Origin: an uncultured Oscillospiraceae bacterium
GTDB lineage: Bacteria > Bacillota > Clostridia > Oscillospirales > Ruminococcaceae
Assembly: GCA_964472465.1 (NCBI GenBank)
Contig: CAYYLW010000002.1
Location: 11,361 to 75,360, forward strand
DNA length: 64,000 bases
Direction: 5' to 3'
The notes beneath the pieces were generated by a model. It made no database searches and had not been told where the DNA came from. It saw nothing but the letters and a program-made list of their open reading frames with translations. Position 1 is the first letter of the stretch, and every line of letters starts with the position of its first letter. This document shows, in pieces, positions 46,028-55,218 of this stretch. Both the position numbers and the translations under genes were made by a program.

Positions 46028-46987
46028 TTACAGGCCGTTTACCACGTTTTGCGGCCGGCCGGCAAGGAAACCGCGCAGGTTTGCCACCGCCGTGTCCATC
46101 AGCCGCTGGCGGGCATCCAGGGGGAGCCAGGCGTTGTGCGGCGTGATGAAACAGTTCTTAGCGCCCATCAGGGGGCAGTGGGGGTCCATGGGTTCCCGCG
46201 CCAGTACGTCCAGCCCGGCGGCATACACCTTGCCGCTTGCCAGCGCGTCGGCCAGGGCCTGTTCGTCCACCAACAGGCCCCGGGCGGTGTTCAGCAAAAT
46301 CACCCCATCCTTCATCTTGGCCAGGGTGGCAGGGTTAATAAGGCCCTGGGTCTCGGGCAGCAAGGGGCAATGCAGGCTGATGATATCCGATTCCGTCAGC
46401 AGGGTATCCAGCGGCACATAGCGGGCAATGGCACGGCCCTCTTCGGTTTCGCGGCTGCCGCTGGCCAGCACACGCATGCCCAAGGCGGCGGCCAGGCGGC
46501 CGGTTTGCTGCCCAATGGCCCCAAAGCCGATGCAGCCAAAGGTTTTGCCTGCCAGGGCCAGCAGGGGCACCCGGAAATAGCAAAAATCTGTACCAGCGGC
46601 CCATTCGCCCGCGTGCACGGTGGCACTGTGCCGCCCCACCTGGTTGGTGATTTCCAGCAGCAAAGCCAGGGTGTGCTGGGCCACCTCGTTTGTGCTATAG
46701 GCGGGAATGTTGGTAACGGGGATGCCTTTTTCCCGCGCGGCGCCCAGGTCTACAGCGTTGGTACCGGTGGAAAGAAGCCCTATATAGCGGAGGTTTTGGC
46801 AGCTTTGAATGCTTTCAGCGGAGAGATAGGTCTTGTTGGTGAAGAGGATATCGGCCCCTTCGATGCGGCTGGCCAATTCTTCGGGGCCGGTGCGGTCATA
46901 CACGGCCAGCTCCCCGGCCGCGGCAATGCCCTCCCAGGAGAGGTCTCCGGGGTTTGTGGCGTAGCCGTCCAAAATCACCATTTTCAT
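46028..46987 (-). CDS. D-isomer-specific 2-hydroxyacid dehydrogenase (glycerate/hydroxypyruvate reductase-like)
   Basis: GFGAIGQ Rossmann and the conserved TPHNAW C-terminal block. Confidence 0.85.
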   Translation of the reverse strand: MKMVILDGYATNPGDLSWEGIAAAGELAVYDRTGPEELASRIEGADILFTNKTYLSAESIQSCQNLRYIGLLSTGTNAVDLGAAREKGIPVTNIPAYSTNEVAQHTLALLLEITNQVGRHSATVHAGEWAAGTDFCYFRVPLLALAGKTFGCIGFGAIGQQTGRLAAALGMRVLASGSRETEEGRAIARYVPLDTLLTESDIISLHCPLLPETQGLINPATLAKMKDGVILLNTARGLLVDEQALADALASGKVYAAGLDVLAREPMDPHCPLMGAKNCFITPHNAWLPLDARQRLMDTAVANLRGFLAGRPQNVVNGL

Positions 46988-47439
46988 CGGCCATTTTCCT
47001 TTTCCAGCGCGGCCACTTTGGCCACCCGCCCGGCGTGCCGCCCGCCCTCAAACTCGGTGTTCAAAAACAAATCCACCATCATCTCGGCCAGGCCGCTGCC
47101 CACCACGCGCCCGCCCATACACAGGGCGTTGGCATCGTTGTGGCGGCGGGTGTATTCGGCGCTAAAGGCATCGGAGCAGCAGGCTGCCCGGATGCCGCGC
47201 ATCTTGTTGGCCGCTATGGAGATGCCCACCCCCGTGCCGCAAAACAGCAGCGCGCAGCGGCAGCTACCGTCCAATACGGCCTGGCAGGCGGGCCGGGCAA
47301 AATCGGGGTAATCCACGCTGTCGGGGCTGTTGGTGCCAAAATCCACCGTTTCCACACCCAGCTTTTCCAGGTGGGCCTTGATGTGGTTTTTCAGTTCGAA
47401 ACCGCCATGGTCGGCGGCCAGGGCAACCGGTTTATTCAT
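46984..47439 (-). CDS. rpiB: ribose-5-phosphate isomerase B
   Basis: Blocks ADHGGFELK, CGTGVGISIAANK and GGRHAGRV are typical of RpiB/LacAB. Confidence 0.9.
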   Translation of the reverse strand: MNKPVALAADHGGFELKNHIKAHLEKLGVETVDFGTNSPDSVDYPDFARPACQAVLDGSCRCALLFCGTGVGISIAANKMRGIRAACCSDAFSAEYTRRHNDANALCMGGRVVGSGLAEMMVDLFLNTEFEGGRHAGRVAKVAALEKENGR

Positions 47440-47596
47440 GTGTGGGGCCTCCTATGCTGTATTTCGCTTACCAGTATACCATAGCCCATGCCAAAAGGAA
47501 AAGCGGGGTTTGTGCTGGCCGGGGCGGCTGTGCTATACTGGTGCCTGGGGCCAAAGCCCCCCAATAGCACGGCTGAACGAAGCCTATGGAGGAGAC

Positions 47597-48517
47597 ATGC
47601 AAAACACGCAAACCGCAAAAGGCCACCTGTGCGCCCTGGCCTGTGTGCTGATGTGGGGCACCACCTTTATTGCCACCAAGGTACTGTTGGTGGAATTTAG
47701 CCCGGCGGAGATTTTGTTTTTCCGTTTTACACTGGGGTATTTGGCCCTGCTGGCCGCCTGCCCAAAGATGCTGCACGGCCTGACAAGGCGGGAGGAACTG
47801 TTGATGGCGGGGGCGGGGCTGTGTGGCGTCACCCTGTATTTTTTGATGGAGAATATCGCCTTGACGTATTCCTCGGCGTCCAATGTAGGGGTGCTGGTTT
47901 CGGTGGCGCCCTTTCTCACCATGTTGTTGGCCCACTGGTTTGCCAAGGAGGAAAAACCAGGCCCTTGGTTCTATCTGGGCTTTGTTTCGGCCATCCTGGG
48001 CATTTTTCTCATCAGCTACAATGGCGCAACGGCGCTGCAATTAAACCCCCTGGGGGATATTTTGGCCATTGGCGCGGCGGCGGTGTGGGCGGTGTATTCC
48101 ATCTTGGTAAAAAAAGTAGGGCAGGGCGGCCACAACAGCCTGCTGGTTACTCGGCGCATTTTTTTCTATGGCATTCTTTTTATGGTTCCGGCCTTTTTCT
48201 TTCTGCCTTTCCGGCTGGATTTGGGGCGGTTTGCCCAGCCGCAAAACCTGTTTACCATGCTGTTTTTGGGCCTTGGCGCTTCGGCGCTGGGCTTTGCGGT
48301 GTGGAACTGGGCGCTGAACATCCTGGGCGCCGTGAAGGTGAGCGTGTACATCTATCTGGTGCCGGTGGTCACGGTCATCACCTCGGTGCTGGTATTGGGC
48401 GAACGCATCACCCTGCTTTCGGCGGCGGGCACGGCGCTGGCGTTGCTGGGGCTGGTGCTTTCAGAGCGGGGGAAGGGAAAAGCCCGGAAACCCGGCTCCC
48501 AGCGGGGGGCAGCATGA
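47597..48517 (+). CDS. EamA/DMT family transporter
   Basis: 10-TM pattern with two EamA repeats. ATG at 47597 follows GGAGGAG. The ORF-track start at 47330 is an upstream extension. Confidence 0.8.
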   Translation: MQNTQTAKGHLCALACVLMWGTTFIATKVLLVEFSPAEILFFRFTLGYLALLAACPKMLHGLTRREELLMAGAGLCGVTLYFLMENIALTYSSASNVGVLVSVAPFLTMLLAHWFAKEEKPGPWFYLGFVSAILGIFLISYNGATALQLNPLGDILAIGAAAVWAVYSILVKKVGQGGHNSLLVTRRIFFYGILFMVPAFFFLPFRLDLGRFAQPQNLFTMLFLGLGASALGFAVWNWALNILGAVKVSVYIYLVPVVTVITSVLVLGERITLLSAAGTALALLGLVLSERGKGKARKPGSQRGAA

Positions 48518-48525
48518 AAACAGAA

Positions 48526-48553
48526 AAGGCCCCTGCCATTTGGCAGGGGCCTT
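48526..48553. terminator. bidirectional terminator
   Basis: AAGGCCCCTGCC-ATTT-GGCAGGGGCCTT perfect hairpin between convergent genes. Confidence 0.7.
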
Positions 48554-48584
48554 AGTTGCGCTTTGGCCCCCGTGCCCACACCCG

Positions 48585-49571
48585 TTAGGCAAAAAAGGTG
48601 TCCAGCACCTCCTGCGGGGTGATGGCCCCAAAACAATCGGCCAGGGGGAAACGGGAAAGCACGGCAGCCACCTCTTCACGGCGTAGGGGGCAGCCCACCA
48701 AAGCCTCGCACAACTCTTCCAAAGAGCCGCGGCAGAGGAAATCTCCCCGGAAATCTGCCTTGGTGATGCAGCCCTTTTCCACCAGCAGAAGCACTTCCAG
48801 CAGCCCCCCCTCCCAGCGGTTCCGGCCACGGTAATCGTAACGGGGGCTGTGGCCAAAATTCCACTCCCAGGTGTTGTAGCGGCTGGCTTGCAGCGCTTCC
48901 ACGGCCTGTAGCTCGGCGGGGTTTAGCGTGCCTGCCTCAAAGCCGTTTTGGGCCAGTTGGCCTTTTAGGTATTCCCAAAAAGCGGGCATGTCCATATCGG
49001 CTGGCAAGGCAGGGCGTATGTTGCCAATGCGGCTGCGCACCGATTTGGAGCTTTTGGATTGGAACTTGCTGGGGTCGGCGTTCAAAGCGCCCGCCACCAT
49101 GGCAGGGTCGGATTCAAACAGAAGGGTGCCGTGGTGCAAAATGCGGCCCTTGTATAGGCGCTGCGCGGTGCCGCTCACCTTTTTTCCATCCACCAGGATA
49201 TCGTTGCGGCCCGAGGCCTCGGCGGCTAGCCCCAGGTTTTGCAGGGCCTCTACCACCGGCTGCGTAAAACGGCCCATGCTCAGCATCTCGGCATGGCCGG
49301 AATCGGTGATAAAGGAATAGTTGAGGTTGCCAAGGTCGTGGTACACGGCGCCGCCGCCGGTGATGCGCCGCACCACATGCACGCCGTGCTGTTCCACAAA
49401 GGGGCGGCAGATCTCCTCCTCGGCGTTTTGGTGCCGGCCAATCACCACGGTGTTGGCGTTCTGCCACAGCAGCAGATAGTCGCCCTCGCGGCGGTTTTCC
49501 AGCATATATTGCTCAAAGGCCAGGTTGTAGCGGGGGTCTTGCGATTGGGTTTCTAAATAGGTGGTTTTCAT
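48585..49571 (-). CDS. lplA: lipoate-protein ligase A
   Basis: Blocks LLWQNANTVVIGRHQN, RRITGGGAVYHD and KVSGTAQR are typical of LplA. Confidence 0.9.
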   Translation of the reverse strand: MKTTYLETQSQDPRYNLAFEQYMLENRREGDYLLLWQNANTVVIGRHQNAEEEICRPFVEQHGVHVVRRITGGGAVYHDLGNLNYSFITDSGHAEMLSMGRFTQPVVEALQNLGLAAEASGRNDILVDGKKVSGTAQRLYKGRILHHGTLLFESDPAMVAGALNADPSKFQSKSSKSVRSRIGNIRPALPADMDMPAFWEYLKGQLAQNGFEAGTLNPAELQAVEALQASRYNTWEWNFGHSPRYDYRGRNRWEGGLLEVLLLVEKGCITKADFRGDFLCRGSLEELCEALVGCPLRREEVAAVLSRFPLADCFGAITPQEVLDTFFA

Positions 49572-49652
49572 ACGGGTACTCCTGCCTTACAAAAGGATAT
49601 CCGCCTGTGGCAAGGCCACAGGCGGTTACATGTTCACGCTGGGGAAAAGGTT

Positions 49653-50051
49653 TTAGTCCTCGATACGCTCGAAACGGCTCACACGGTGGATGCCAAAATT
49701 TTCTTCGTCTTGAATGGCGCGTAGCATCACATATGGCTTGTCGCATTTGGCGGCAAATTCGGCCTCTAGCTTATCTTGAATATCCTGCCGCAGCATTTTG
49801 TTCCAGGCGTCCATGCTTTCCCAGGCGAAGATATAGTGAATCTCGCCGGGGTTGTTCTCGTTCACCCACACCTCTTTGTACAGGAAGGGGATGTGCTCAA
49901 ATTCCTCATGCAGGGCCTCGCCTAGGGTCCAGATGGCGTGGTCGGTTTCCAGGCACTCTTTTAGGTATTCGGGCTCGGTTTTGTAGATGAGATGCTCAAT
50001 GGGGTAGTGTTCGTCTTTGATGTACCGGTATTTTTTTTCGCTGAGTGACAT
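49653..50051 (-). CDS. ABM-like (dimeric alpha/beta barrel, TIGR03792-like) protein of unknown function
   Basis: 132 aa. The pattern EVWV...GE...I..WES..AW is shared with the paralog at 61211-61549. AAGGAG SD 9 nt upstream. Confidence 0.5.
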   Translation of the reverse strand: MSLSEKKYRYIKDEHYPIEHLIYKTEPEYLKECLETDHAIWTLGEALHEEFEHIPFLYKEVWVNENNPGEIHYIFAWESMDAWNKMLRQDIQDKLEAEFAAKCDKPYVMLRAIQDEENFGIHRVSRFERIED

Positions 50052-50105
50052 GTTGCAAGGCTCCTTTATCTTCTTTTTAATACGGCGGCGCCATAGGGGG
50101 TACCG

Positions 50106-50717
50106 CTATTTTTTGGCCACCAGCTTGGTGGTCATGGCCAGTTTTTCGCCCAGTTGGCGGGCGCGCTCTAGGCCGTACTCATCATCCATCTCGCCGGAAC
50201 CATCGCCGGGGTTCCACAGGCTGGCCCCGCCGTATACACCCACCCCACCGTTACAAATGGTGAAGCCCTGGGTGTTGAAAAAGCCCATGATGCCATTGAT
50301 GGCAGATTCCTGCCCGCCGTTGCGGGTGCCGCCCACGGCAATGGCCGCGCCCACCTTGTGGGCGAAGTAATCGGGGTCCTTTTGCAGCATCACCCAGGTG
50401 GGGCGGAAACGGTTGAAGAACACGGATAACTGGCCGGTGATGTTCATCTCATACACCGGTGTGGCCACCAGCAGGCCGTCGCACTGGTACACTTTGTCAT
50501 ACAGTTCGTCCATGTCATCGTGGAACACGGTGCAGTAGGGGGAGTTATCGCGCAAGCATTTGTTGCAATGCACGCAGAAATTGAGTTTCCTGGCACGAAG
50601 TTCCACCAGTTCAATCTCCACGTCACCGGTGGCTTTGGCGGCCTCAAGGGCGGCTTGCAGAGCCTTGTAGCTGGATTTTTTGCGTGGGCTACCACAAACA
50701 CCTAGAATTTTTACCAT
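50106..50717 (-). CDS. flavodoxin-like NADPH-dependent FMN reductase / iron-sulfur flavoprotein-like
   Basis: Blocks KILGVCGSPRKKS, Cys cluster CVHCNKC...C, and VATPVYEMNITGQL. ATG at 50717. Confidence 0.7.
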   Translation of the reverse strand: MVKILGVCGSPRKKSSYKALQAALEAAKATGDVEIELVELRARKLNFCVHCNKCLRDNSPYCTVFHDDMDELYDKVYQCDGLLVATPVYEMNITGQLSVFFNRFRPTWVMLQKDPDYFAHKVGAAIAVGGTRNGGQESAINGIMGFFNTQGFTICNGGVGVYGGASLWNPGDGSGEMDDEYGLERARQLGEKLAMTTKLVAKK

Positions 50718-50776
50718 ACTATACAACTTCCTTTCTTTTGTAAAAGCAGGCATACCGTGTTCTGCATGGCCTGCTG

Positions 50777-53032
50777 TTATTGCTGTAAAACCGCCAAAAT
50801 CTTGTCCGGGGTAAGGGGCAGTTGGCCAAGGTCGGCATCCAAAGCGTCGTTCACAGCCCCCACGATGGCGGGCACCACCGGCACGATGGAACTTTCGCCC
50901 ACGCTCTTGCCGCCAAAGGGGCCGCCCTCTTCAAAGTTGTCCACAAACTGTACGTCAATATGGGGCATATCGCTGGCTTTGGGCAGGCGATATTTTTTGA
51001 GATTGGTGGTTTTTGGCACGCCATTTTCGTCTAGCACCACCGCTTCGAACAAGGCCATGCCCAGGCCCATCATAATGGCGCCCTCTATCTGGCCTTCCAG
51101 CAACAGGGGGTTCAGCGGGGTGCCAATGTCGCACATAGCAAGATAGTCCTCCACCTTCACCTCCCCGGTCTCCCGGTCGATGCGCACCTTGGCAAAATGC
51201 GCGCCGTAGCTGCCAGCGTTTGTGTCGGAGTTGTAGCGTGCCAGTTCAATCAGCCGGGTGCGCTGTTTTTCGTAGGCATAGCTGGAAATTTCGGCCCGGG
51301 TGAGACTTATTCCGCCGGGGCCCGCCACCACACCGTTTTCAAAACGAAGCGCCTGGGGGCTGCATTCCAAAGCGGCTGCGGCGGTGTCCAGCATGGTATC
51401 CAAAAGTTGGCGGGCCACCGTTTCCACGGCTGCGCCACCGCTCCAGGTGTTGCGGCTGGCGCCAGAGCCCATGTCGTAGTTGCAGCTATCGGTGTCGGAG
51501 TGAACCAGGAACACCTCTTCCAGCGGGCAGCCCATCACTTCGCTCACAATCTGCCGCAGTAAGGTGTAGGTGCCTGCGCCATGGTCGGTAACGGCAGTGC
51601 GCAACAGGAAGCTACCGTCCTCGTTCAGCATCAGTTCGGCCAGGGTGATGTCCGGCGCAAAGGGGGCCACGCCTTTGCCGTGCATGGCGGTGGAAACACC
51701 GTAGCCGTAGAGGTAACGCTCCGTGTTCAGGCTTTTGCGGGCGGCCCATTTTTCTTTCCAGCCGAAGGCTTTGGCACCCTGGGCTAGGCATTCGCGCACC
51801 TGTGCGCTACCCAGGCTGTCGCCGTGTACGGGTTCAGCGCCAAAGGGCTCAATCAAGTTTTTCTCCCGCAACAAAACGGGGTCCATATTCAGCGCGCGGG
51901 CGGCCTTGTTTACCAGCAGTTCCAGCGCGGTGAAAATTTTGGGCGAACCAAAACCGCGCATGGCCCCACCCACGGGGGTGTTGGTGTAGACGTTATAGCC
52001 ATGGAAGCGCATGCTGGGGGAGGCATATACTTTAAACATCTTGCCGCACATGGCGTTCATCACGTTGATGCTGCCGCCGCAGTACGGCCCGGCGTTCATA
52101 TAGTTGGTGAAACCAAAACCGGTGATGAGGCCCTCTCTGGTTAGGGCCATTTGGCCATATAGACGCACGGCGTGCCGGGTGTAGGTGGAAACGATGCTTT
52201 CGGCACGGTTGTAGCGGATTTTCACCGGCAGGTGCCCGGCTTTTTTGGAAAGCAGCAGGCAAAGGGGCTGTAGCAGCACGCCGTCCTTGCCGCCAAAGGT
52301 GCCGCCAATTAAACCATTGTGCAGGTGTATTTTAGTAAACGGCACGCCAAAAATTTGGCTGAGCATCACCTGTACACGGTGCACGCCCTGCTGGGGTTCC
52401 CACACCTCCAACTCGCCGCTACGGCTCCACTGGGCGATGCAGAGATGTGGCTCAATGGCGCCGTGGTGAATCATGGCGGTTTCGGTGAGGTTTTCCACCC
52501 GCACTTCGGCCTCATGGAGGGCCTTGTCCAGGTCCCCGCACTCTGTGAGCAGTTCCTGTAGCAGGTTGCCCTCGGGGTACAGGCGGGGGGCGTTTTCGGC
52601 CAGGGCCTCTTCGGGGTCGAACACGCTGGGCAGTGGCTCGTACTCCACGCGGATTAGTTTAACGGCTTTGCGGGCAATCTCTTCGCTGGTGGCGGCCACG
52701 GCGGCCACCTCGTCGCCCACAAAGCGCACCACTTCGTCCAGCACCCGTTCGGTGGCGGGCAGCGGGTCGCGCGACCAGCGCATGATGCGGTTGAAACACC
52801 CCTTCGGGGCGTCTTCGTGGGTGATGACGGCGCACACCCCGGGCAGGGCCTGTGCGGCCGAGGCATCAATCGATTTGATGCGTGCATGGGCCACGGGGCT
52901 GGTGAGCACCGCGCCATACAGCAGGCCGGGAAAGGTGAGGTCATCGGCAAATTGGGCGCTGCCGGTTACCTTTTCGAAGGCGTCTATGGTGGGGGTGGGC
53001 TGGCCGATATACGGCCCTACATACTTTTTCAT
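50777..53032 (-). CDS. xanthine dehydrogenase family molybdopterin-binding subunit
   Basis: 751 aa with a/b-hammerhead and Moco-binding domains (GGTFGGK, GFGSP, GESSIVP). Confidence 0.9.
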   Translation of the reverse strand: MKKYVGPYIGQPTPTIDAFEKVTGSAQFADDLTFPGLLYGAVLTSPVAHARIKSIDASAAQALPGVCAVITHEDAPKGCFNRIMRWSRDPLPATERVLDEVVRFVGDEVAAVAATSEEIARKAVKLIRVEYEPLPSVFDPEEALAENAPRLYPEGNLLQELLTECGDLDKALHEAEVRVENLTETAMIHHGAIEPHLCIAQWSRSGELEVWEPQQGVHRVQVMLSQIFGVPFTKIHLHNGLIGGTFGGKDGVLLQPLCLLLSKKAGHLPVKIRYNRAESIVSTYTRHAVRLYGQMALTREGLITGFGFTNYMNAGPYCGGSINVMNAMCGKMFKVYASPSMRFHGYNVYTNTPVGGAMRGFGSPKIFTALELLVNKAARALNMDPVLLREKNLIEPFGAEPVHGDSLGSAQVRECLAQGAKAFGWKEKWAARKSLNTERYLYGYGVSTAMHGKGVAPFAPDITLAELMLNEDGSFLLRTAVTDHGAGTYTLLRQIVSEVMGCPLEEVFLVHSDTDSCNYDMGSGASRNTWSGGAAVETVARQLLDTMLDTAAAALECSPQALRFENGVVAGPGGISLTRAEISSYAYEKQRTRLIELARYNSDTNAGSYGAHFAKVRIDRETGEVKVEDYLAMCDIGTPLNPLLLEGQIEGAIMMGLGMALFEAVVLDENGVPKTTNLKKYRLPKASDMPHIDVQFVDNFEEGGPFGGKSVGESSIVPVVPAIVGAVNDALDADLGQLPLTPDKILAVLQQ

Positions 53033-53033
53033 A

Positions 53034-53513
53034 CTAGCAGCCCCCCTCTTCCCGCAGGTAGCGGCCCGCCAGCAAAATGGCCTCTACTATTTTTTTGTAG
53101 CCGGTGCAACGGCAGAGGTTGTTGTCCAGCGCACCCATGGCTTCTTCGGCGGTGGGCTGCGGGTTTTTGCGCAGCAAGGCCAGGGCGGTCATCACCATGC
53201 CAGGGGTACAAAAACCACACTGGATGGCACCGGCATCTACGAAGGCGCGCTGGACGGGGTGCAACTGTTCACCCTGGCTCAGCCCCTCAATGGTTAAAAT
53301 TTCTTTGCCCTCCAGGTTTTTGGCCAGCAGAACGCAGCTATTTTTAGCTTCGCCATCCACCAGAACCTTGCAGGCGCCGCAGTCGGCGGTGCCGCAACCA
53401 TATTTTGTGCCGGTGAGGCCCATGGTCTCCCGCAGCACATGCAGTAGGGTCCAGTTTTCTTCTATCTGTACCACAGCAGGCTTACCATTGATGTGTAGAT
53501 TGATGCTTTTCAT
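53034..53513 (-). CDS. (2Fe-2S)-binding subunit of the XDH-family enzyme
   Basis: Motifs CGTADCGACKV, CGFCTPGM and CRCTGY. ATG at 53513. The ORF-track extension to 53672 would run through the predicted promoter and leader. Confidence 0.85.
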   Translation of the reverse strand: MKSINLHINGKPAVVQIEENWTLLHVLRETMGLTGTKYGCGTADCGACKVLVDGEAKNSCVLLAKNLEGKEILTIEGLSQGEQLHPVQRAFVDAGAIQCGFCTPGMVMTALALLRKNPQPTAEEAMGALDNNLCRCTGYKKIVEAILLAGRYLREEGGC

Positions 53514-53561
53514 CGTTTTTTTGTCCTTTCTTGCAGAGGTATAGGCGCATGTGCCCTGCCG

Positions 53562-53615
53562 AAAAAACGGGGGCGACATGCAAGCATGCCGCCCTGATAA
53601 AGCCGTGCGATGGCT
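53562..53615 (-). promoter_or_regulatory. leader element L2: conserved hairpin AGCCATCGCACGGCTTTA plus intrinsic terminator
   Basis: On the minus strand the 18-mer (53615-53598) is followed by GGGCGGCATG-CTTG-CATGTCGCCC and then TTTTTT. The same 18-mer recurs at 55038-55021. Confidence 0.55.
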
Positions 53616-53643
53616 AAACTCATTAGAAGTCTTAACAAAAAAT

Positions 53644-53672
53644 ATTTTAACACAGCTGCCCTTAAACCGCAA
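53644..53672 (-). promoter_or_regulatory. candidate promoter of the XDH-family operon
   Basis: On the minus strand: TTGCGG (53672-53667), 17 nt, TAAAAT (53649-53644). Confidence 0.4.
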
Positions 53673-53804
53673 GGGGAGGGGGCTTTTTTAGTCTCTTCGC
53701 CCAAAAAAACGCTTTGTTTTTGTGAATTTGGCGGGGAAACCCGGGTTGCCCCTGGTCTCCCCGCCGAAGGTTTGCACAGTAATGTGGATTGCCGGAAAAG
53801 TTTC

Positions 53805-54905
53805 TTAGGCGTCCAGCATCTCTTGGGCCTTGTCTTGCTCATATTCGTTGGGCACGGTGATGACGCCACTGGCGATATCCTCGTATGCTTTGTCGGCCGC
53901 GGCAATCACCTCTTCCGGCAGGGTGGCTTTAAGTGCGTCATTCCATTTTAAGGTGATGCAACCGTCGGCCAGGGTGAGGAACATCGTCTCGGCCTTGGCG
54001 GTGCCGCCCATAATTTTGTTGGTGGCCCCCAGGTAGCCCGCGCCGTAGTCGCAGATGATATTCACAATCACGCGGTCGGGGGCCAGGTCGGTAAAATCGC
54101 CCAGGCTACCAAAAGTATAGATGTTTTCGCTCTCGCTCACGGCCTTGATGGCGCCGGATTGCCCCTCGTTGGTGTTGGAGTAGATCATGTCGGCACCGCT
54201 TTTAATTTGGTTAAGCGTGGTCTCATAGCACTCGTTGGCATCGGGGCTACTCAACACAGCGCGCATCACCTCAATATCTGGGTTCACACTTTTGGCGCCC
54301 AAAGCCCAGCCCATAGGGGTTTTGGTGTAGGCGGGGTAATCGCCGCCTACGGTGATTCCCAGCTTGTTTGTCTCGGTCATCATACCGGCCACCACACCGG
54401 CCACGTAGGTGCCCTGCTCAACACACATAATCACAGGGAAGAGGTTGTCGCGCACTTCGGTGCCACCGAAGGTGACAAACCAGGTGTCGGGGTAATCGGC
54501 GCAAATTTCCGCAAAGGGCACCGAGCACTGCCCGCCGTGGCCAAAGACGATGTTGTAGCCCTCGCTGGCCATGTTCTCGCCTTCCTGCTTAATCTCCTCG
54601 GCGCTACCGGCCTCCACAACAGAGACGGTATAGCCCAGGGTCTGCTCAATCTTCTTGCCAGATTCCGCCCCCTGCTGGCTGAATCCACCGTCGGTGGGGC
54701 TACCGGGCAACAAAATACCGATTTTGATGTCCTTGGGGTCTTTTGTGTTACTACCGCTGGTAGCCGCCGTGCTGGTGGGGGCTGTGGAGCCAGAAACCGC
54801 TGCAACGGCGCTGGGCGACGCAGAAAAGGAGTTTCCACCACATGCCGCAAGGCTGAAAATAAGTAATAAGGCCAGTACCAGGGCAAAGCATTGTTTCTTG
54901 TTCAT
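53805..54905 (-). CDS. BMP family ABC transporter substrate-binding lipoprotein (paralog 1)
   Basis: Lipobox SLAACG and Bmp/PnrA-like domain. Highly similar to the neighbouring paralog, with identical C-terminus VPNEYEQDKAQEMLDA. Confidence 0.85.
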   Translation of the reverse strand: MNKKQCFALVLALLLIFSLAACGGNSFSASPSAVAAVSGSTAPTSTAATSGSNTKDPKDIKIGILLPGSPTDGGFSQQGAESGKKIEQTLGYTVSVVEAGSAEEIKQEGENMASEGYNIVFGHGGQCSVPFAEICADYPDTWFVTFGGTEVRDNLFPVIMCVEQGTYVAGVVAGMMTETNKLGITVGGDYPAYTKTPMGWALGAKSVNPDIEVMRAVLSSPDANECYETTLNQIKSGADMIYSNTNEGQSGAIKAVSESENIYTFGSLGDFTDLAPDRVIVNIICDYGAGYLGATNKIMGGTAKAETMFLTLADGCITLKWNDALKATLPEEVIAAADKAYEDIASGVITVPNEYEQDKAQEMLDA

Positions 54906-54987
54906 TCCATTTCCCTCCTGTTTTTACGGGTGCTATTGTTCCATAAAACTACCGGTTTTATGGGGGTACAACGCAAATAAACGCACG

Positions 54988-55038
54988 AAAAAAGGCGGCC
55001 TGCATACGCGTGCCGCCCCTTAAAGCCGTGCGATGGCT
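54988..55038 (-). promoter_or_regulatory. leader element L1: conserved hairpin AGCCATCGCACGGCTTTA plus intrinsic terminator
   Basis: On the minus strand the 18-mer (55038-55021) is followed by GGCGGC...GCCGCC and then TTTTTT. Confidence 0.55.
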
Positions 55039-55070
55039 TAGTGCTAGGTAGTACAATTGTTTCTGTTGCC

Positions 55071-55099
55071 ATCTTAGCATATTCCATAAAAACAATCAA
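55071..55099 (-). promoter_or_regulatory. candidate promoter for SBP paralog 1
   Basis: On the minus strand: TTGATT (55099-55094), 17 nt, TAAGAT (55076-55071). Confidence 0.45.
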
Positions 55100-55160
55100 G
55101 ATAAAACCTTAAAATAATTTAATTTGTAACCATTTTGGCAAGGCAGGGCTGGGGTAAAAG

Positions 55161-55190
55161 AAAACACCGCCACATAAGTGACGGTGTTTT
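55161..55190. terminator. hairpin terminator after SBP paralog 2
   Basis: AAAACACCG...CGGTGTTTT, with T-runs on both strands. Confidence 0.6.
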
Positions 55191-55218
55191 GCGGTTTTAA
55201 CGGAATGCAATGTGTGTA

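Noticed and set aside
45731-47311. 526-aa plus-strand ORF
   Set aside because: It lies antisense to three well-supported genes (sortase, 2-hydroxyacid dehydrogenase, rpiB). Its Gly/Ala/Arg/Pro-rich composition is typical of open antisense frames in high-GC DNA.
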